From positions 896,001-960,000 of the forward strand of contig OZ245002.1 in the NCBI GenBank assembly GCA_965223415.1: 64,000 nt of DNA, in the 5' to 3' direction. Position numbers and translations under genes: made by a program. Shown one piece after another: positions 58,751 to 64,000 of this stretch. A model generated the notes under the pieces. It had not been told where the DNA came from. It saw nothing but the letters and a program-made list of their open reading frames with translations, and made no database searches. The first letter of the stretch is position 1. Every line of letters begins with the position of its first letter. The stretch comes from Myxococcota bacterium (GTDB lineage: Bacteria > Myxococcota_A > UBA9160 > UBA6930).

Positions 58751-58832
58751 CTTCCCCGGGTTTCGAGTCTTGTCAAGATTTGGATTCCCGGGGGAGATGA
58801 TCTACTCGTGTTCGTCTTGCCGAAAGAGGGAC
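58751..58832 (+). promoter_or_regulatory. two predicted RNA hairpins in the leader of the HelD-like gene
   Basis: 20-bp stem with 4 G-U pairs at 58751-58796; second stem 58810-58832 covers GAGGG. Confidence 0.4.
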
Positions 58833-58836
58833 CGGG

Positions 58837-60930
58837 GTGCCCGACCGGATCGTCACCGATGAGCTCGCCCTGCTCGAGCTTGTGAACGAAGCGCTGGACA
58901 GCGCTCCGGCCCCCAAGGCTCCCTCGGAATCGAACCTGGTCGACGATCTCGAGCGCATCCGCGAGCAGCTCGTCCGCGGCGAGATGGACTACTTCGAGCG
59001 CTCCGCCCTGAACACGCGCTGGAACAACCAGAGCGCGCTCCTCGAGCAGCTGCGCAAGTCCCGCAGTGCGCCGCAGGTCGACCCGGCTTCGCCCTACTTC
59101 GCTCACCTCCGCATCCGGGAAGGCGAGCGCGTGCGCGACCTGTGCCTCGGTCGCGCGACCCGGCTCGACCACGGGCTGCGCATCGTCGATTGGCGTCACG
59201 CGCCGATCGCCCAGCTCTTCTACCGCTACCAGCAGGGGGAAGAGTTCGAGGAGGAGATCACCGGCCGCACCCACGAGGGCACGATCGAGGCGCGGCGCAC
59301 GGTGACCATCCGCGAAGGACGCCTCGAGCGGGTGGACGCGCCGGAAGGCACCTTCCAGCTCGACCCGAACCATCCGGAAGGCTGGCGGCGAACCGCCCAC
59401 CAGGCGCCCAAGCTGGGCGGCGGCGAGGGGACGGCGCTTCGGGTCCACGCGGCCGGCGAGGGCGCGGCGCGGCAGCTCGGAACCGACGTGGACGGCGGGA
59501 TCCAGCGGGCGGACAAGCACCTGCCGGACATCGCCGCCCTGATCGACCCGGAGCAGTTCGCCCTGATCGCGAGGCCTTCGGCCGGCCCGGTCGTGATCCG
59601 CGGCGCGGCGGGCTCGGGCAAGACGACGGTCGCGCTCCATCGCATCGCCTACCTCGCCTACGACGACCCGCAGATCGACTCGGCGGCGACGCTCTTCGTC
59701 GTGTTCTCCTCGGGCCTGCGGGACTACGTGAGCCACGTGCTGCCGGCGCTGGGCGTCGAGCGCGTGCGGGTCCAGACCTTCCGCGACTGGGCCGCGGAGC
59801 ATCGCAAGCGCCTCTTCCCGGCCCTGCCCGATCGGCACCGGGACGACACGCCCGCTCTCGCCCAGCGGCTGAAGCTGCACCCGGCCCTGCTGGTCGCCCT
59901 CGAGCGCCAGGTGGCGAGCGCGGACGGCAAGGCCTCGGCCGCCCAGGTGCTCGACGACTGGGTGAGCGTGCTGACGAACCGCGAGCTGCTCTTCGAGGTG
60001 TTCGCCGAGCACGCGCCCGAGGCCTTCAGCGAGAGCCGCCTCGCCGAGGCGACCGACTGGTGCCGGCGCCGGCACGAGGAGTGTCAGGCGTGGATGGAGG
60101 GCGACCGGGAGGTCCAGGCGGAGCTCGACCCGGAGGACGACGCCCTGCTGCTGCGGCTCTGGCAGCTGCGCGGCGGGCCGATCAGCGGCCCGGGCGGACA
60201 GCCCGTCGAGTACCGCCACGTGGCGATCGACGAGGTGCAGGACTTCTCGCCTCTCGAGGTGCAGGTGCTGATGGACTGCCTCGACGCGCGGCGCAGCCTC
60301 ACCCTGGCCGGCGATACCCAGCAGCACGTGATGCAGGAGGCGGGCTTCACCTCCTGGAGGGATTTCTTCCGGCACCTAGGCATCGAGGGGACCTCCGTCG
60401 AGACCCTCCAGGTGAGCTACCGCTCCTCGGACGAGATCGCGCGCTTCGGCCAGGCCGTGCTGGGCCCGCTGCGGGAGGACGACATCCCGCTCGTGACGAC
60501 GCGCAGCGGCCCACCGGTCGAGCTCTTCCACTACACGGACCACGGCGCCTGCATCCCTTCCCTGGCCGACGCCCTCGGCCAGCTCGCCGACGCGGAGCCC
60601 CTGGCCTCCGTCGCGCTCCTCACGCCGAGTCCGGACATCTCGGCCCTCTACCACGAGGGCCTCGCAAACTGCGACGTGCCGCGCCTTCACCGGGTGCAGC
60701 GCCAGGATTTCCGCTTCGGGCCGGGCATCGAGATCACCGAGATCGAGCAGGTGAAGGGCCTCGAGTACGACTACGTCATCCTCGTCGACGTGAGCGAGCA
60801 GCACTTCCGCGACGAGCCCAAGGCCCGCCGCCTCCTCCACGTCGGCGCCACCCGCGCCGTCCACCAGCTCTGGCTGACCAGCGTCGGCACCCCCTCCCCG
60901 ATCGTCCGCGAAGCCATCGAGAAGATTTAG
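58837..60930 (+). CDS. HelD-like SF1 ATPase (RNA polymerase recycling factor family)
   Basis: PYFAHL, IVDWRHAP, GAAGSGKTTVALHRIAYL, DEVQD, AGDTQQ, SYRS, KGLEYD, ATRA. Confidence 0.8.
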   Translation: MPDRIVTDELALLELVNEALDSAPAPKAPSESNLVDDLERIREQLVRGEMDYFERSALNTRWNNQSALLEQLRKSRSAPQVDPASPYFAHLRIREGERVRDLCLGRATRLDHGLRIVDWRHAPIAQLFYRYQQGEEFEEEITGRTHEGTIEARRTVTIREGRLERVDAPEGTFQLDPNHPEGWRRTAHQAPKLGGGEGTALRVHAAGEGAARQLGTDVDGGIQRADKHLPDIAALIDPEQFALIARPSAGPVVIRGAAGSGKTTVALHRIAYLAYDDPQIDSAATLFVVFSSGLRDYVSHVLPALGVERVRVQTFRDWAAEHRKRLFPALPDRHRDDTPALAQRLKLHPALLVALERQVASADGKASAAQVLDDWVSVLTNRELLFEVFAEHAPEAFSESRLAEATDWCRRRHEECQAWMEGDREVQAELDPEDDALLLRLWQLRGGPISGPGGQPVEYRHVAIDEVQDFSPLEVQVLMDCLDARRSLTLAGDTQQHVMQEAGFTSWRDFFRHLGIEGTSVETLQVSYRSSDEIARFGQAVLGPLREDDIPLVTTRSGPPVELFHYTDHGACIPSLADALGQLADAEPLASVALLTPSPDISALYHEGLANCDVPRLHRVQRQDFRFGPGIEITEIEQVKGLEYDYVILVDVSEQHFRDEPKARRLLHVGATRAVHQLWLTSVGTPSPIVREAIEKI

Positions 60931-60998
60931 AAACGGGGCCAGAGTTAAGAATTCAGTTCCCTTCGGGGAACTGAATTCTTAACTCTGGCCCCGTTTCT
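60929..60998. repeat. perfect 33-bp-arm palindrome with C(TTCG)G loop
   Basis: 60929-60961 is the exact reverse complement of 60966-60998. Confidence 0.92.
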
Positions 60999-61504
60999 TC
61001 ACGTTTCTTCAGCGGGCGTTCGTACCAGGCGACGTCCCAGTAGCGGTCGTGCTTGCGGCCGACCTCGGTGAAGGTGCCGACGGGCGTGAAGCCGAAGCGC
61101 TCGTGGAGGCGGATCGAGGGCTCGTTGGGGAGCGTGATCCCGGCCAGGATGCGGTGGAGGTCCTCGCCAGCAAGGGCGTCGAAGAGCGCGCCGTAGAGCC
61201 GCGCGCCGTGGCCGCGGCCCTGGCTCTCCGGCGCCAGGTAGATCGTGGTCTCCACCGAGGTGGCGTAGGCGGGCTTGGCGCGGAAGGGCATCGAGCCGGC
61301 GTAGCCCCGGACGGCGCCCTCCTCCTCCAGCACGAGCAGACGGTGGGGGCCGCCGGCGAACTGGGCGAGCCACGCCTCGCGCTCCTTCTCGCGGAAGGTC
61401 CGAACGTCGAAGGTGACCGGACCGTCCTCCACGAAGTGGTTGTAGATCGCGGTGATCGCGGCGAGATCGTCCCGGCGGGCGGGGCGAACGAGGGGCAGGG
61501 CCAT
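60953..61504 (-). CDS. GNAT N-acetyltransferase (phosphinothricin acetyltransferase-like)
   Basis: IYNH, TFD, FRAKPAY..SVE.TIY, QGRGHG, N..SI.LHE.FGF, VGRK. Confidence 0.92.
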   Translation of the reverse strand: MALPLVRPARRDDLAAITAIYNHFVEDGPVTFDVRTFREKEREAWLAQFAGGPHRLLVLEEEGAVRGYAGSMPFRAKPAYATSVETTIYLAPESQGRGHGARLYGALFDALAGEDLHRILAGITLPNEPSIRLHERFGFTPVGTFTEVGRKHDRYWDVAWYERPLKKREETGPELRIQFPEGN

Positions 61505-61523
61505 GGCGCTATCCTGGCACGTC

Positions 61524-62606
61524 GTGCGGGAGCTGCGCGACATCCTGGCCGCCTTCGCCGAGCTGGCGGAGGACGAGACGGCGATCCTCACCAGCGTCGT
61601 CCACGCCGCCGGCTCCACCTACCGCCGGCCCGGCGCCCGCATGCTGGTCCTGCCGGACGATCGCATGATCGGGCTGATCAGCGGCGGCTGCCTGGAAGGC
61701 GACCTGCTCGAGCACGCCGGCCGCGTACGCGCCGAGGGCGAGGCCCGCCTCGTCCACTACGACGCCACCGCGGAGGACGACATCCTCTGGGGCTCGGGCC
61801 TCGGCTGCGCCGGGATCGTCGACGTGCTGCTCGAGCCCGTGTCCTCCGCCGGTGCGGGGCCGCTGCCCGCCCTCGCCGCCTGGCGCGAGGCCCGGCAGAC
61901 CGGCGTCCTCGCCACCGCCTTGGGGCCCGGCGAGCTCGGGCGTCGCTGGGCGCTCCACCCGGACGGGCGCATCGAAGGGCCGCCGGCCCCGAACGAGGTC
62001 CGCGCCGCCCTCGAGGAAGGGCGCGCCGGCGGACGCTCCCGGCGGGTCGCCGGCGCCGGCGGCGACCTGGCCGTCGAGGTTGTGCCGCCGCCCCTGCGCC
62101 TCGTGGTCTTCGGCGCTGGCCCCGACGCCGGGCCGGTCGCGCGCCTGGCCCTCGAACTCGGCTGGGACGTTGCCCTGTCCGACCCGCGCCCGGCCTCCGC
62201 GCGGCCGGATCGCTTTCCCGGTGCGAGCGTGCACTGCGTGCCGGCGGAGGAGGCGGTGGCCGCCGCGGCGATCGACGCCGGAACGCACGTGATCGTGATG
62301 ACCCACCACTACCTGCACGATCGCGCGCTGCTCGAAGGCCTGCTGCCCTCGCCAGCGCCCTACGTGGGACTGCTCGGCCCGAAGCAGCGCGCCCGCGACC
62401 TGCTCGCCGACCTCGCCGACCAGGGCGCCTGGTTCTCCGAGGAAGAGCTGGCGCGGCTTCACGCGCCGGCGGGCCTCGACCTGGGCGGCGAGGGCCCCGA
62501 AGCCATCGCGCTCTCGCTCGTCGGCGAGGTGCAGGCCAGAGCCCAGCAGCGGCCCGGCGGCTGGCTTCGCGCCCGCAAGGGCCCGATCCACGATCCCAGC
62601 CCGTGA
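61524..62606 (+). CDS. xdhC: XdhC/CoxI family Mo-cofactor insertion chaperone
   Basis: GSTYRRPGARM, SGGCLE, GLGC.G, FGAG.D, MTH, YVGLLGP, AGLDLGG. Confidence 0.9.
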   Translation: MRELRDILAAFAELAEDETAILTSVVHAAGSTYRRPGARMLVLPDDRMIGLISGGCLEGDLLEHAGRVRAEGEARLVHYDATAEDDILWGSGLGCAGIVDVLLEPVSSAGAGPLPALAAWREARQTGVLATALGPGELGRRWALHPDGRIEGPPAPNEVRAALEEGRAGGRSRRVAGAGGDLAVEVVPPPLRLVVFGAGPDAGPVARLALELGWDVALSDPRPASARPDRFPGASVHCVPAEEAVAAAAIDAGTHVIVMTHHYLHDRALLEGLLPSPAPYVGLLGPKQRARDLLADLADQGAWFSEEELARLHAPAGLDLGGEGPEAIALSLVGEVQARAQQRPGGWLRARKGPIHDPSP

Positions 62607-62616
62607 GGGGCGCGTC

Positions 62617-63201
62617 GTGAAGATCGCCGCGGTCCTGCTCGCGGCGGGCGGCTCGAGCCGGCTCGGCCGGCCGAAGCAGCTGCTCGAGCACGACGGCGAG
62701 CCCCTGGTGCGACGAGCGGCACGAGCCGCCCTGGGCGCGGGCGTCGACGAGCTGGTGGTGGTGACCGGCGCCGAGGCCGCCGCCGTCGAAGCGGCCCTCG
62801 ACGGGCTGCCGCTGCGCCGGGTCCGCAACGACGACTGGCGGCAGGGCCTCGGCCGCTCCATCGCCTGCGGCGTCGAGGCCGTGGCGGCGGACGCCGTGCT
62901 GCTCCTGCTCGCGGACCAGCCAGCGGTGGACGCGGCGCTCCTGCGCGAGCTACTGGCCGCCGGCCGCGAGGGCCACCGGCGGGTCGCCTGCGCCTACGCG
63001 GGCGGGCTCGGCGTCCCCGCCCTGTTCGCTGGCGGGGCGGATCGCGAGGCGCTCCTCGCCCTGGAGGGCGACGGGGGTGCCCGCGGGCTGCTCGCGGCCG
63101 ACCGGACCTCGGTGCACGCGATCCCCGCCGAGCAGGCCGCCTTCGACGTCGACGACGAGGCCGACTGGTCGCGCTGGAGGGAACGCCGTGACTCCCGCTG
63201 A
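62617..63201 (+). CDS. mocA: molybdenum cofactor cytidylyltransferase-like nucleotidyltransferase
   Basis: LAAGGSSRLGRPKQLL, LADQP, GD.GAR, DVD. Confidence 0.85.
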   Translation: MKIAAVLLAAGGSSRLGRPKQLLEHDGEPLVRRAARAALGAGVDELVVVTGAEAAAVEAALDGLPLRRVRNDDWRQGLGRSIACGVEAVAADAVLLLLADQPAVDAALLRELLAAGREGHRRVACAYAGGLGVPALFAGGADREALLALEGDGGARGLLAADRTSVHAIPAEQAAFDVDDEADWSRWRERRDSR

Positions 63202-63537
63202 GCGAGATGCCCTGCACGCCCAGCTGCTCCGCCTGCGTGCCGACCTCCGCCAGCACGCCGCCGCCACCGACGCGGCGGCCCAGCCCGTGATCTCGACCAG
63301 CCCATCGGGCACGTGTCCCGCATTGACGCGCTCCAGCAGCAGCAGCTCGCCCGGGCCCAGCGCGATTCCGCCCGCGCGCGCCTGCAGCAGGTCGACGCCG
63401 CCCTCGCGCGCCTCGAGCGCGACGAGTACGGCGAGTGCGCCGCCTGCGGCGAGGAGATCGAGCTCCGCCGTCTCACGGCGCGACCCGAGAGTGCCTTCTG
63501 CCTGCCCTGCCAATCCCGGCGGAAGGCCCGGAGCTGA
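63188..63537 (+). pseudogene. TraR/DksA C4-zinc-finger protein, frameshifted near 63289
   Basis: GTG 63188 frame ends ..AAQPV; the shifted frame continues DLDQPIGHVSRIDALQQQQ..YGECAAC..CLPC. Confidence 0.75.
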
Positions 63538-63538
63538 C

Positions 63539-63901
63539 CTACTCGGAGCTGGCCGCCAAGAGCGCCAGCTGCGGCTCCACGACGGGCCGCGTCGGCCAGG
63601 CGGTGACGTAGAGACGAGCCTGGACCCGCTCCACGCCCTCGACGGCTCGGACGATCTCCGTCATCCGACTCCGCTCGGCCTCGGACCGGACGAAGCCCTG
63701 GAGCCGGACCGCGCCCTGATGCACCGCGATCTCGGCCCCGCGGGTCGAAATGCCGCCGCGCGCGAGCGCGGACTGCACCCTGAGCTCCAGGACTCCATCG
63801 GGATGGGCGAGGCCCCAGGCGAGAGCCGCCACGGCGAGAACCGCGACGACGAGGGCAGAGCGAACCAGGCCGAGCATCCAGCGGCGGGGGCGGTCGTGCA
63901 T
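63539..63901 (-). CDS. small BON-domain protein
   Basis: N-terminal TM; V.L.GFV.SE.E......VEGV..V. Confidence 0.7.
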   Translation of the reverse strand: MHDRPRRWMLGLVRSALVVAVLAVAALAWGLAHPDGVLELRVQSALARGGISTRGAEIAVHQGAVRLQGFVRSEAERSRMTEIVRAVEGVERVQARLYVTAWPTRPVVEPQLALLAASSE

Positions 63902-64000
63902 GCTTCACCTTCGGACCCGGGCGGCGTGCGGAGCAACCGCTCGGGGGCGTCTGCGGCGGTGACGCCTGGGGGGGTACCCGGAAGGTCGAGCAAGGTCGAA

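Noticed and set aside
58812..58830. Resemblance of CTTGCCGAAAG to the rifamycin-associated element found upstream of actinobacterial helR
   Set aside because: Only a partial core match to the motif as I recall it, with non-matching flanks; not enough to call
61502..61505. Overlapping divergent ATG starts (CATG) for the GNAT and xdhC genes
   Set aside because: xdhC more plausibly starts at GTG 61524 (RELRDIL-type N-terminus, TATCCT upstream)
1..64000. CRISPR array, tRNA/rRNA, prophage or recognised defence island
   Set aside because: No regularly spaced repeats, RNA gene signatures, phage genes or recognisable defence effectors seen by eye; small RNAs could have been missed

Overview
Very GC-rich, densely coding bacterial chromosomal window. 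Lineage is an inference only: bactofilin, PEP-CTERM, HDOD and many LLM/CoA enzymes suggest a Myxococcota/deltaproteobacterium-like organism. About 60 CDSs are supported, mostly lipid/CoA-ester and aromatic or steroid-like catabolic enzymes, plus putA, coaE, gloA, nudC, lemA-DUF2207, a HerA-like ATPase, a HelD-like ATPase and xdhC-mocA. One complete IS5-family element (13-bp TIRs, CTAG target duplication) and several REP-like long palindromes are present. I saw no rRNA, tRNA, CRISPR array or prophage. The best candidate for an undescribed system is a pair of ~950-970 aa exported paralogues (5358-8276 and 45884-48745) with a YncE-like beta-propeller, a CcP/MauG-like cytochrome c region and an Ig-like tail. 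Both have a canonical CxxCH and a conserved atypical CX6CH at the second haem position. Other notable signals are apparently frequent leaderless genes, IS insertion and a 34-bp duplication at CTAG shared by convergent stop codons, palindromes that supply protein C-termini, a structured leader before the HelD-like gene and a frameshifted DksA/TraR gene. All product calls come from motif recognition by eye; no searches were run.
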